Below, one piece after another: positions 16,609 through 26,900 of a stretch of 42,070 nt of DNA. Source of the DNA: a virus. Its lineage: Duplodnaviria > Caudoviricetes. The stretch is from positions 1 to 42,070 of the IMG/VR virus record IMGVR_UViG_3300032239_000697, one strand, 5' to 3'. The first letter of the stretch is position 1; each line of letters opens with the position of its first letter. The position numbers and the translations under genes were made by a program. The notes beneath the pieces were generated by a model, which ran no database searches, was not told the origin of the DNA, and saw only the letters and a list, made by a program, of their open reading frames with translations.

Positions 16609-18488
16609 GCGAATTAAAGGTCACATTCAAATTGGATGGGGTTGCTGAAGAAGCTGCAAAGGCTTATAAAACAATTCAAGATGCTTTTAAAAGCAGAAAA
16701 GTCAGTTTTAGCGAATGGCTAGAAGCTGGAGGTGAAACCGAATCCAAAGCCAAACAAGCCGGTAAGAAAACCGGTAAAAAGGTAATGGAGGGTATTGAAG
16801 AAGGAATGAAAGACGAGAGCAAACGCTATCAGCGTGTTCTCGAAAAAATGGCTAATGAAGGGGAAAAAAAAGCCAAAGCTCTTACTTCAGGTTTATTTTC
16901 TTATAAAGCTGGAAAACCTACTCCAAATGTAATTCAAGGACTTAAAGAAGTTACTGGAAAAGATTTAGCCAAAGTTCTTGGACTTCCAGACATAAATGAA
17001 ATTCAAGCGGGAACAATAAAAGGACTTAAAGAACCAAGCGGAGCAGATGTAAGCAAAATTCTTGGACTTCCGGACATAAACGAAATTCAAGCGGGAACAA
17101 TAAAAGGACTTAAAGAACCAAGCGGTAAAGAATTAGCCAAAGTTTTAGCTCTTGGAGACATCAATGACATAATTCGTAAAGATGCTGAAGCTGCAAATGT
17201 CATGGCTGAATCAATGGATGATCTTTCAAAAAGAGGAAGTCAATCCATGATTGATATGCAAGCTGCTATTGCAATGGCAGATGCAAAAATCAATTCTGAT
17301 ATAGAAAAAAATATAGAGTTAGGTAAAAAAGAAGCTAAATCTTACGAAGAAAGAGCAAAAAAAGCTGAAGAAGCCGCTAAAAGAAAAAAAGCTGCTGCGG
17401 AATCTGCTGCGACTGCCGACAAAGCATCATTTCTAAAGAATATCAGCTTGTTGGCTGGTCCGGTGTTTAATCCCGGCGGGGCTTTATCTACGATGTTTGC
17501 GGCTAGGCAAACATTCTCCGCTTTGATGACTCAAACCGGACAAACTGGCCTTGGCAAGGCCGGAATGGGACAAGGAATTGGGGCCGCCGCTGCGGGAACC
17601 ATTGGATTAACTGCGGGTGCTACAGCTGTAGGATTTGCATTAAAAGCATTGCAAAAAACAGTTGAAGAAATGATGAAATCTTTTCAACACGCTAAAGATC
17701 TTTATGCTAAATCTTTAACTTCTGGTCTTGGTGCTGGATTTGTAGCTAAAAGAGAAAACCTTGCCGCTGTATTGGGAGTAAGCGAACAAGATGTAATGAA
17801 GTTTGGTGCGGCAATTGCTTACATAAATCCTAAAATTGAAAATGCAACTAAAATATTTAAAGATACTCTTGGGCCATTAACGGAACTTCAATGGGACATA
17901 AATATACTTAAAATAAACTTTATGGCATTTGCTTCTGATTTAGGATCTAAACTTGCTCCTGCTTTTAAGACTGTCATAAGTCAACTTGGATTCCTTATTA
18001 AATTAGCATCTGAAACTGAAGTTCTTTATTACATATTTCAACTTTTGATTGGAGCATTTAAAGGAATAGAAATAGCAATAGGATCTCTTGTGTTAGGATT
18101 TCAATTAATTGGTGATACATTTACTTTTCTTATACACAACATAATAAATCTTTTGGCTTCTATTCCCGGTGCTAAAAAACTAGGAATTCATAAAATAGAT
18201 ACATCTAACGATTTTTCAGGAAGCATAGCTGGAGCAGATGCTTTAAACAAATTGATGCTTGGCAGTGGTAAATCATTAAATGGTATTCCATTGCCAGAAT
18301 CTCACATGAAACAACTTCCCGCATCCACTTGGGAAAAGATGGGGCTTGTTGTTGGATCTGGAGGCCAAGGAACCAATGATCTTATTCGCAAAAGTAACGG
18401 TTACTTGAAATCAATAGCGGATCATGTTAAAGCTGTCGGGTCAGTTCCAAGATCGTTTGGCCTTGACCCCAAAACGGCTAATCCTTGA
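16605..18488 (+). CDS. tail tape measure protein
   Basis: 627 aa, Ala/Lys/Gly-rich helical, hydrophobic stretches, ELKVTFKLDG N-terminus, follows the G/GT pair. Confidence 0.8.
   Translation: MSELKVTFKLDGVAEEAAKAYKTIQDAFKSRKVSFSEWLEAGGETESKAKQAGKKTGKKVMEGIEEGMKDESKRYQRVLEKMANEGEKKAKALTSGLFSYKAGKPTPNVIQGLKEVTGKDLAKVLGLPDINEIQAGTIKGLKEPSGADVSKILGLPDINEIQAGTIKGLKEPSGKELAKVLALGDINDIIRKDAEAANVMAESMDDLSKRGSQSMIDMQAAIAMADAKINSDIEKNIELGKKEAKSYEERAKKAEEAAKRKKAAAESAATADKASFLKNISLLAGPVFNPGGALSTMFAARQTFSALMTQTGQTGLGKAGMGQGIGAAAAGTIGLTAGATAVGFALKALQKTVEEMMKSFQHAKDLYAKSLTSGLGAGFVAKRENLAAVLGVSEQDVMKFGAAIAYINPKIENATKIFKDTLGPLTELQWDINILKINFMAFASDLGSKLAPAFKTVISQLGFLIKLASETEVLYYIFQLLIGAFKGIEIAIGSLVLGFQLIGDTFTFLIHNIINLLASIPGAKKLGIHKIDTSNDFSGSIAGADALNKLMLGSGKSLNGIPLPESHMKQLPASTWEKMGLVVGSGGQGTNDLIRKSNGYLKSIADHVKAVGSVPRSFGLDPKTANP
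16938..17168 (+). repeat. 84-nt (28-aa) tandem repeat, about 2.7 copies, in the tape measure
   Basis: Units start at 16938, 17022 and 17106: GLKE..G.....K.LGLPDINEIQAGTIK. Confidence 0.9.
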
Positions 18489-18493
18489 ATTTT

Positions 18494-18997
18494 ATGAAAA
18501 CTCTTTCAAACGTCCAAACTACCGTCAAAGATGGGAAAGTGACAATCACAGCAGATATCATTGACCAAAAGTTTGACTTTCCGGTTCAACAGGTAACGAT
18601 TGGTCATTTCAACCCAGCCAACATGACTTGGCCCCGTCACATTCAACTTTCGCATGAAGCGGTGTTTGTAAAGGCTTTTGGCAATGGCTTTGCAATCATT
18701 CAGGATGACCTCGTAAAGATCGCGGCTAAGGTTGAGCCTAAGACCAGCTTTCCTCCCAAGTTTGCTTACAACCCAGACAACAAATCATTGACGGCAGAAG
18801 TTTGCAGTGAAATTGATCCTGATTTTAGCTGGGAAGTATCGGATAGCATCCGCCCCAATGAATCAAAATGGACTTTGATTGAAGGCGAAAACTCAATCAC
18901 ATTGAACAAAGAAAAGGTTAAAACGGGACAATTTGTTCGGTGCATTGCGTCAAGTGAAGCCGGTTCAATGACCAGCAACCCAGTTTTAGTGAGCTGA
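18494..18997 (+). CDS. tail-associated protein with a C-terminal Ig-like domain
   Basis: FSWEVSD...WTLIEGENSITL...GQFVRCIASSEAGSMTSNPV. Confidence 0.6.
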   Translation: MKTLSNVQTTVKDGKVTITADIIDQKFDFPVQQVTIGHFNPANMTWPRHIQLSHEAVFVKAFGNGFAIIQDDLVKIAAKVEPKTSFPPKFAYNPDNKSLTAEVCSEIDPDFSWEVSDSIRPNESKWTLIEGENSITLNKEKVKTGQFVRCIASSEAGSMTSNPVLVS

Positions 18998-18999
18998 TT

Positions 19000-20235
19000 A
19001 TGGCATTCTGGATACCAACAGGATTTGATAGGGCTGATGGTGTAACTGGATTGCCAGCTCAGCCTAAAGGAGATAATTCTGGAAATCGAACATGTGGAAC
19101 CCCTAATCCTTATGGGGGATTGCTTACTTTTGGTGAAAATGGTCAAGTTGAAGAAGAAGTAGATTCACCAGAAATAGAACGGGCAGAACAAGCTACTTTT
19201 CAACATCGTCTCAAAGCTTCTTGGGCAACTTGTGTAAATTTAATTACGTTTCTTGGTCGAGGAACATTTCTAAAAGATTCATTTGGAAATACTTGGCGAG
19301 TCCTTTCCAGCAAGATTCAAAGCGCAAGGGGTGGTCGTGGAACGCTTTCAATTACGGCTGAATCAATTTCATTTGATAATCCTCCTGATGATTTTCAAAT
19401 GATTCCGGTTGAGCTTGGAATTGATATTTTAAAGCATCCTCGATATTCATGGGCATTAAGCCCCACCGCTGGTGATGCGGGAACACGATTTGTTGTTGGT
19501 GATACAACTGTTTATCTTTCTGATATTAAAGAATCAATCATAAGGATGATTCAAACATATACAGACTCTCCAGTTTTTCCTAGCGCACAATATGTTAATG
19601 GATTGGTTCAAAGCAGCATACTTTCTCAAATTTCAAACAAAAAAATTCAAATTCATTATCCCAATAATTCTTATGACCCATCCAAAAAAGCAGCAGACCC
19701 TGCAACTTGGGATGGATTAAACGCTCATAAGCCAACAGTAAATTGTCAATATTTTTTAATTCCAATTACTGTTGATGCTTCATCGTCAAATGCAATTAAC
19801 ATTGCAATATCGGCGGCAAAAGAAGTTATATCAAAACTTTGGAGACAAGAGGACACTCCTTATGTTGTTGGATTTCAAGTTACTTGGACTCAATATTTCT
19901 TTGCTCCGGTTTATTTGAATCCCGGTGGTTATCAAGAAAACCCTTGGGGAATTGTTCCCGCATATTTCCTTTCGCCATCTCAAGATGGTAGCAATAGCAT
20001 TTTTGATAATATTGCCTACATCAATCCGCAATGTTATTCATCAGACAGAACCACTGGAGGAGCATTGCAGATTTCTTGGCTTCGTAAATCCGATGAAATT
20101 GAATATCAAAGAACTTGGTTCAAAGTAACTCATACTTGGATTGGCTCTCCCATTGGTCATTGGGATAACGATTTGTTTAAGGGTTTTGGTCAAAATGGAC
20201 CTCAAAATGCAAACTGGTTTAATGTTCCAGTTTAA
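19000..20235 (+). CDS. putative tail tip / hub protein
   Basis: 411-aa ORF after the tape measure; family not recognised. Confidence 0.55.
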   Translation: MAFWIPTGFDRADGVTGLPAQPKGDNSGNRTCGTPNPYGGLLTFGENGQVEEEVDSPEIERAEQATFQHRLKASWATCVNLITFLGRGTFLKDSFGNTWRVLSSKIQSARGGRGTLSITAESISFDNPPDDFQMIPVELGIDILKHPRYSWALSPTAGDAGTRFVVGDTTVYLSDIKESIIRMIQTYTDSPVFPSAQYVNGLVQSSILSQISNKKIQIHYPNNSYDPSKKAADPATWDGLNAHKPTVNCQYFLIPITVDASSSNAINIAISAAKEVISKLWRQEDTPYVVGFQVTWTQYFFAPVYLNPGGYQENPWGIVPAYFLSPSQDGSNSIFDNIAYINPQCYSSDRTTGGALQISWLRKSDEIEYQRTWFKVTHTWIGSPIGHWDNDLFKGFGQNGPQNANWFNVPV

Positions 20236-20781
20236 ATGAATTTTAACACTCCAATACCACACGCTAATCAGCCTAAATATCATGAAGGATCGCCCATGCG
20301 GTCTGTTCGTGATGCTGATTCAAACGCAAAGATGTGGCAAAGGGTCAGAACCGGTCAAAACCAAAGCAATGTTTCAATATCAGCTTTACAACAACTTCAA
20401 AGACAAGTTGCTCAATTAAGAAGAAGGATTGTTGGAGGTGGCGGTGGGGTTACTGGTTGGCATTTTGCGGATAAATTTGAAGTTAATCCAACATTAGATT
20501 ATGATAAAGGATCGGTAATTCACATTCAGCCTACAAGCCCTCTTGTAACAATCGGAATAAAAGACTTGGCTCATCCCACAAATCCAGTGGTTAAATCTAG
20601 TCCCGGATGGTGGGTGGCAATGCAAGATGTTCCTGCTGGAGTGACCATCAGTTCTGTTGATTATTGGAATCTTCCGCAAGCCCCAATGCCGGTTGATACC
20701 AATATGGATGATCCTGCTAATTTTTGGATGTCCATTGGAACAACAGGTCTTTGCGATCAGCAAGGAAACTATTTAGGTTAA
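20236..20781 (+). CDS. putative tail protein
   Basis: Short coiled coil (LQQLQRQVAQLRRR), Gly linker, beta domain. Confidence 0.6.
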   Translation: MNFNTPIPHANQPKYHEGSPMRSVRDADSNAKMWQRVRTGQNQSNVSISALQQLQRQVAQLRRRIVGGGGGVTGWHFADKFEVNPTLDYDKGSVIHIQPTSPLVTIGIKDLAHPTNPVVKSSPGWWVAMQDVPAGVTISSVDYWNLPQAPMPVDTNMDDPANFWMSIGTTGLCDQQGNYLG

Positions 20782-20785
20782 TGCT

Positions 20786-23689
20786 ATGGCTGGCTCTCAA
20801 GGATCACCATATCGCGCTCCATGTGGTGGATGGAACGCTCAACTTACCGGCTATCCTTTTCCGTCTCATTATCAAATTGCTGATTCGGTCGTTCCGGTTT
20901 ATCAAAACATCACCAAAGTTCGGGATTACCACAGAGACAGCAGCAATAACCCCATCAATTCATCAGGAATCCTTCCTTATGCTTCTTCTGAATCGACCGG
21001 ATCATGCAGCGGCCCGTTGCCATCTTGCGGGTCTTATGTAGCCAACAACACCAATCCAATATGCAATGGATTAGGCGCAAGCGACTTTATTGGAGGCACT
21101 GCCCCATTTTACAACACCTTTAGCTCAAGCGGCACAACCGCAAACCTTGCCGTATGTCGAAAAGTCGGTTTTAAGAATGTGCAGGCGCAAAAGGTGTGGC
21201 AAGGACGATTCGGATTTGCCAGCCATGATCCCGGTGGATGCAAGCATGACATTACAACGTGCAGCCCGCCATGCAGGATGGAAGGATACCAAAGCACTCC
21301 AGATTCTACTCATTATTTGATTGAAAAGTTTCATATCAATTATGTCCATGAGGTGGAATTTGGAACTGGAATAACGATTGGTGAGCAGATGACTTCTGAC
21401 TTCACATGGTCAGTAAACAAAAACAGCGGAGTTGCCACTTGCACAACTCATAGTTTTTCATTTCAACAGCTAGACATCACCATTGGAAGCCCTACTTACG
21501 GAACGCTTGTCACAAAGACTGCTGCGGATTGGGGAGATTACGTCATCACATCTCCAGATGCCTTTTTTGCAAAGTATTTGACGGAAAATGATCCAGATTG
21601 CAACGGTTTGTTTGTAAATACAAATTGGTATGAGGGATCAGATTACGGCAGCTATTTGGCTGCAATGAATGGGGGAACATTCACTAATTTGGACTTGCTT
21701 ATTCATTCATTTGGCAATGAGGAATATGAATTCAAGCTGCAATCAACAAGCGTTGGAATTTATGGCAACGCTCATACGACTTGGGACATAAAAAAGACAT
21801 TAAGCAGTGTCTATACATCGTCTCAATGCTATTCCGACCTTCTTGGGCTGCTTGGACAATGGAATTTGGCTGATGACAGAACTTATCCTTGGAGAACTGA
21901 TTCTCTGACAACTCTTGCTCCAATGGTTAGGTATGATGAAATCTATTGTGTTGCAAATTTTTCATCAGTGTTTGTCGATAATTCAACCACAGTTCCGCCT
22001 CAAGGTGGTGGCACTGGTCAATTGATGGGAGTTCCGTTGGCCGCAGGATATGGACAGCCTCACGGAACCAATCCTCGCGGATTCTACAATCGTTTGCACA
22101 AAAACTATGCCGATTGCGGAGGTGGTTTATTTCAAGCCGACAGCTATGGAGACTTCACTCCTTCAAACTTGCCATCCAATTGCACCGAATGGACAAGCGA
22201 GGTGGAAAGGCAATCGTTTCCAACCGGATCTTGGATTATCAACAATTCCAGCGTTATAACAGCGCAAAAATGGGCAGAAACGATTGTCCAACGTCCAAGC
22301 ATCAACTTTGCTCGGCCTTGTGATGTGGATCGATGGACGCTCAAGGCTGGCGATCCGACCACTGACACAGCTCGCTGTATTGATACAGATGACGGCACAA
22401 CGGTGGTCATCAATATCAATGAAGCCGACCTTCCAACAATTGCCGGCGGAGAATGGTGGATATTTCCTGATGGAATTTACGTTGCGTCTCGAGTTGATGA
22501 CAGAACTGTGTCCAGAAGCGGTTCTATGCTTTATTCAGCGCCACCTGGCATGACGTCAAGCAGCCTTGTAGGCAAAGCTCGGTGGACGCAATCTGGAAGC
22601 GTTCCGCCAGCGTTTGGTGGCAGAATCAATGTGACCGGAGCAGTTCAATCTGGCGCAAACGTCATCATCAGCGTTGATACTCCAATTCCTATCCTTGCAG
22701 ATTCAACTTACGGTCATCCAGATCACATTGATTTTACCGGAGTGGGATCGCTTGGAGCCAATGTTGCGGTTCTTTCAACTGGATCGCCGACTCAATTTAC
22801 AGTAGTCGGAACATTGGGCGCATACACCGGAGGAGGCTATATCATCTGCACTGGAGCAAAAAGCTATCAATGGTATGATGACAAATCCAAAGGTGATTTT
22901 GTGTATATGGCATGGACACAAAACAAACGGGATTGGCAAGAGGCTGATCGGGCTTGTAGAGAGGCTCACAATGATTGTTCTGGCTGTGGAGATGCTATAG
23001 CGGCAATGGGCTTGCCAAGCGGAGTGTCATGCGTAAATGATGGAGGAACATGGAGAAGTGATTTGAGGTTTGCCCAAGCTAATGCCGGTGCAGATATTAG
23101 CATCAGCCGAGATGTAACGGCATTGACAATTACTGATTCTTGCATTGGATACAATCCTTGTTCGCCATCAGTCGTCGCCATAACGCCAAATGGTGAAACT
23201 TTTCCCAAAGGATCTGTTTATGCGTTTCCATCGTCATTTATATTGGATCAACGATATGGCGCACAATGGAATGCGGTCATTTATCAAAACTTGCCTGATC
23301 CTTATTGGGAAATCCCTCATCACTATTGCTATAGCGATTATGGGCATTCCAATTGGATTCAAGACGATGGGACTTGTCATGAAGATTATTTGGCGAGCGC
23401 ACCAAATCTTTATTATTACGCTCATGCGCCAATGGTCGAAGCAATGACTAGCGCAAAATTTCTTGCCATAGGTGCGCCGACAATGCCATCCGACATTTGT
23501 CCGCTTGGATGGCCTAGTTTGGCAACGATTGCTGCGGGAGCCGCTAGCCCATATTGCAATTTTCCGAGTGTCCCAATAGCTGTTGGAACGGTAGCACTTG
23601 AAACGCCTTGGGGTCTTTACGCAAACCAACACGCTTGTGTTATTGCCAATGGACGATTTGCGGCTCAATACAAGGCCAATGACGCATGA
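20786..23689 (+). CDS. large Cys/Trp/Gly-rich putative tail-tip or receptor-binding protein
   Basis: 967 aa, many Cys, no signal peptide, tail module position. Confidence 0.6.
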   Translation: MAGSQGSPYRAPCGGWNAQLTGYPFPSHYQIADSVVPVYQNITKVRDYHRDSSNNPINSSGILPYASSESTGSCSGPLPSCGSYVANNTNPICNGLGASDFIGGTAPFYNTFSSSGTTANLAVCRKVGFKNVQAQKVWQGRFGFASHDPGGCKHDITTCSPPCRMEGYQSTPDSTHYLIEKFHINYVHEVEFGTGITIGEQMTSDFTWSVNKNSGVATCTTHSFSFQQLDITIGSPTYGTLVTKTAADWGDYVITSPDAFFAKYLTENDPDCNGLFVNTNWYEGSDYGSYLAAMNGGTFTNLDLLIHSFGNEEYEFKLQSTSVGIYGNAHTTWDIKKTLSSVYTSSQCYSDLLGLLGQWNLADDRTYPWRTDSLTTLAPMVRYDEIYCVANFSSVFVDNSTTVPPQGGGTGQLMGVPLAAGYGQPHGTNPRGFYNRLHKNYADCGGGLFQADSYGDFTPSNLPSNCTEWTSEVERQSFPTGSWIINNSSVITAQKWAETIVQRPSINFARPCDVDRWTLKAGDPTTDTARCIDTDDGTTVVININEADLPTIAGGEWWIFPDGIYVASRVDDRTVSRSGSMLYSAPPGMTSSSLVGKARWTQSGSVPPAFGGRINVTGAVQSGANVIISVDTPIPILADSTYGHPDHIDFTGVGSLGANVAVLSTGSPTQFTVVGTLGAYTGGGYIICTGAKSYQWYDDKSKGDFVYMAWTQNKRDWQEADRACREAHNDCSGCGDAIAAMGLPSGVSCVNDGGTWRSDLRFAQANAGADISISRDVTALTITDSCIGYNPCSPSVVAITPNGETFPKGSVYAFPSSFILDQRYGAQWNAVIYQNLPDPYWEIPHHYCYSDYGHSNWIQDDGTCHEDYLASAPNLYYYAHAPMVEAMTSAKFLAIGAPTMPSDICPLGWPSLATIAAGAASPYCNFPSVPIAVGTVALETPWGLYANQHACVIANGRFAAQYKANDA

Positions 23690-23940
23690 GAGTCACTAGC
23701 CCACACATGCCGATTGATGGGCAAATAGCTCAAAAGCCAATGCCTAAATTCTTGGCTGGATCTGCCGTTCGCAATGAAGATCAAATTGCCGCCATCATTG
23801 CCATCTGTTTAGCCTGCCAATGGCAGATTGAATGGATCTGTGAGCATCCCGGATGTCGGCCTTGCAAGCAGCGCGTTTCAGGCGGTCTTAAAGCTTTGAT
23901 TCCATCTTCATATTCGCGTTGTGCCGCTGGAAAATGGTAA
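23686..23940 (+). CDS. small Cys-rich protein (DUF6171-like)
   Basis: AICLAC...C...GCRPC...KA...CAAGKW. Confidence 0.6.
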   Translation: MRVTSPHMPIDGQIAQKPMPKFLAGSAVRNEDQIAAIIAICLACQWQIEWICEHPGCRPCKQRVSGGLKALIPSSYSRCAAGKW

Positions 23941-23992
23941 AACAACTTAAACTTGAAAAGATTTTAACATCATGATAAAACATAATTTAAGA

Positions 23993-26900
23993 ATGAAAAA
24001 GACACTTTTTATATTTCTGACACTGATGTTGCTGTGTCTTTCGGTGTTTTCCGCAGACACCAATTGCAATGTCTATTACAATCTTGCCAACTTTTCTCTT
24101 TCTCCTGTTGCAAACAGCAGAGTAACTGTGACTCCGCTTTGGCCTTTGGGAAGTTATAACGGTCAAATTCTTTCGCCCACATCCGTTGCTCAAAATACAG
24201 ATGCAAATGGATTGACCACCTTTTCCAACATTGTCAGTGGATATGCTTATCGGGTTCAGCTTTATCCTTCAGGCACCACATTTACCAATGTCATCACAGT
24301 CGGCGTTACCGGCACCGTCAACGGCCACGACTACATTGGCAACTTCGCCGGTCAATTCTTCCAATATTACTACACCAGCAACCTCCTAGCCGCTTCGTTT
24401 GATCCGCTGGGAGCAGCACAGCAGGCCACCAATACAATCGCCGCACCGGCCATTGTCGGCCTTGTAACGAGCAATCAGATAGCGACAATCAACCCTTCTC
24501 AAATCTACCCGGCAGTTTCCGTATCCGGTGGGCAGACCAACTGGTCGGTGGGGGCCATCACAAACGCCGGCATTCTTTACAATGGAACAACGTATGCGTT
24601 TGTGACCAACAACAACGGCGGATCGTTGACGAATCTTAACATTGCTGGATCGGGGGGAGTAACCAATGGGTCTCCCGTTATTCGATTGTCTTTTTTTCTA
24701 ACCAATGATGTGTCAAATGTCGGTTTAAACGCCACAGCACCAGCATCGGCTCCTCAAATTGCAACCATTCAATCCATTTTTAACAACACATCAAATTCAA
24801 CAATTATTGTGGATGGAAAATATTCGGCTTATAATTTGCGTTTGAATAGTGGAACAAAATTGGTTGCGGCTTTTGATGGCGCGGGATTCATTATGCCCAC
24901 AAATTCTGGATGGCCTTTGGTAGGTAATAAAAATTGGAGTTCTAATGCTTGCATAGATAAAGACATTTATATTGACGGCGTTACATTTAACGGGGCTGGA
25001 GATTCGCAATCTCCAAGTTATTCCAATGCCAATTTCGTTGGAATATCTGTTATTGGTCAATTTATTGGCGTTCAAAACTCTACTTTTAAGAATTGCAGAT
25101 TCTTTAACAACCGAACTTTTGCAAATCTTGCAATGAACATGACAAATTTGTTTGTTGAAAATTGCACATTTGATTGCGGAATAAAAGGAGATCTTCCTTA
25201 TTTTGATGGCTCTTTTCATTTAAACGGTCCAATAAAAAACTATTGGTTGGTAAATTGTTACATCAGATCGGGTGATGATGCTATTCCATTAAATGCAGAT
25301 GATGGATTTGATTATGTGTATCCCTACACTCCATATTACACAGGAGGAAATATTGCTGGGGTTCATTTATACAATAATTACATCGATAACAAAACAAACC
25401 CTCACGGAATGGGAATCAGACTTCTTTGTGGAGCGCATTCAATTAGCGATGTTTATGTGGACGGGTTGTCTGGGCAATGTTATGGATCATGGCTTGTTCA
25501 ATTTCCATATCCATCAGTTCTCCCTCCCGGAGATGGTTATTTTACAAATATAAATTTCAAAAACATCAACATGGATGTATTGAATACAAATTCTTACATC
25601 AATGGACTTTCGTCTTATAATGGGCAAGCAATCATTTCAGTTGGATATTGCGATAGGGAAATATTTCAAAATGTAACTGTTTATAATAGGACAAATGTCA
25701 CTCAAACCCCTGCATTTTACATTAACGGTTATCTCAATACAGGAATTTGCAAATTTGGAGAATTGATATTTGATGGAATTAAATCCACATCTGCAACAAA
25801 TTCATACACACTACCAATTAGCAAAGCCAATATTGACAGACTTGTTTTTAAAAATTGTGACTTTAATGAGCCAAACACTTTTCAAACAGCAACCGGACCA
25901 ATTCAATTTTACAGTTCAACGATTGGGTATCTTGTAAGTCAAAACAATACGGCCATCGGATGGACAAATTTGTTTTACATTTGGCCCGGAAACAATTCAA
26001 TAACCGCTACAGTTGGGAATTACATATCGGGAATTGTTGGAGGAAATCCCACCAATGTATTTTTGGGTGCAATTTCAACTGATATTGGATTTACCGGAAA
26101 CGGATCCGGGCTAACCAACATTCCGCTCAATGGGCTTCAGGTTCAACCGTTGACAAATAATTACGCAAACAATGTTTCATTCAATTCAACCATTCAGCTT
26201 AACGGCCCAGTCACCGTCAGCAATGCCGTTACAAGCTATTCGGGAAGCACAACAAATCCTGCGCCATACGAGTTTGTTACTCAGCAATACGTTCAAAACC
26301 TGCTTAATAGCGGACAAATCCTTTACGGAACCTCCAACACAATTGCTACAGGAGGCATTACAAATACAATCAACGGGGTTCAAAACACAGTTTCATTGAT
26401 TTTCAGCAATGCGGCTCCGTTGGCATACGTTAAAGCCTTTACTTTTGCGGCTGGAGATGTTGGTAATTATTTTGCCACAATCATAACCACAAACAAATTT
26501 CAATCAATTTCTGGCCCTATTGTTAGCAGTTATTATCTAACTTTAAACACCGGTGCGGGACACGCATTGACCATTGCTCCAGATGTTTTTATTACTTACG
26601 ACCTCACAAACCTTGTTTTAGTATCTTCTGGAGCAAGTCAATCTATAGTTGTAGGAAACACCGTTACCAATCTTTACACATGGACATCTTCAGCCGCTCA
26701 ATACAATTCCACCAATGCGGCAGGATTCTATATTGTTCGCAGAACTAAATGTATAGCTCAAGTTGGCGCACCGACTCTTTGGGTAAGCGGTGGTGGCGCA
26801 AACACTACAACTTTGGCTTTCAATTCATCCGTTGGTTCCAGCGGCAACTATAGCGGAACATTTACCGGCAACGGCGCAGGGTTAACCAATCTGTCGCTTC

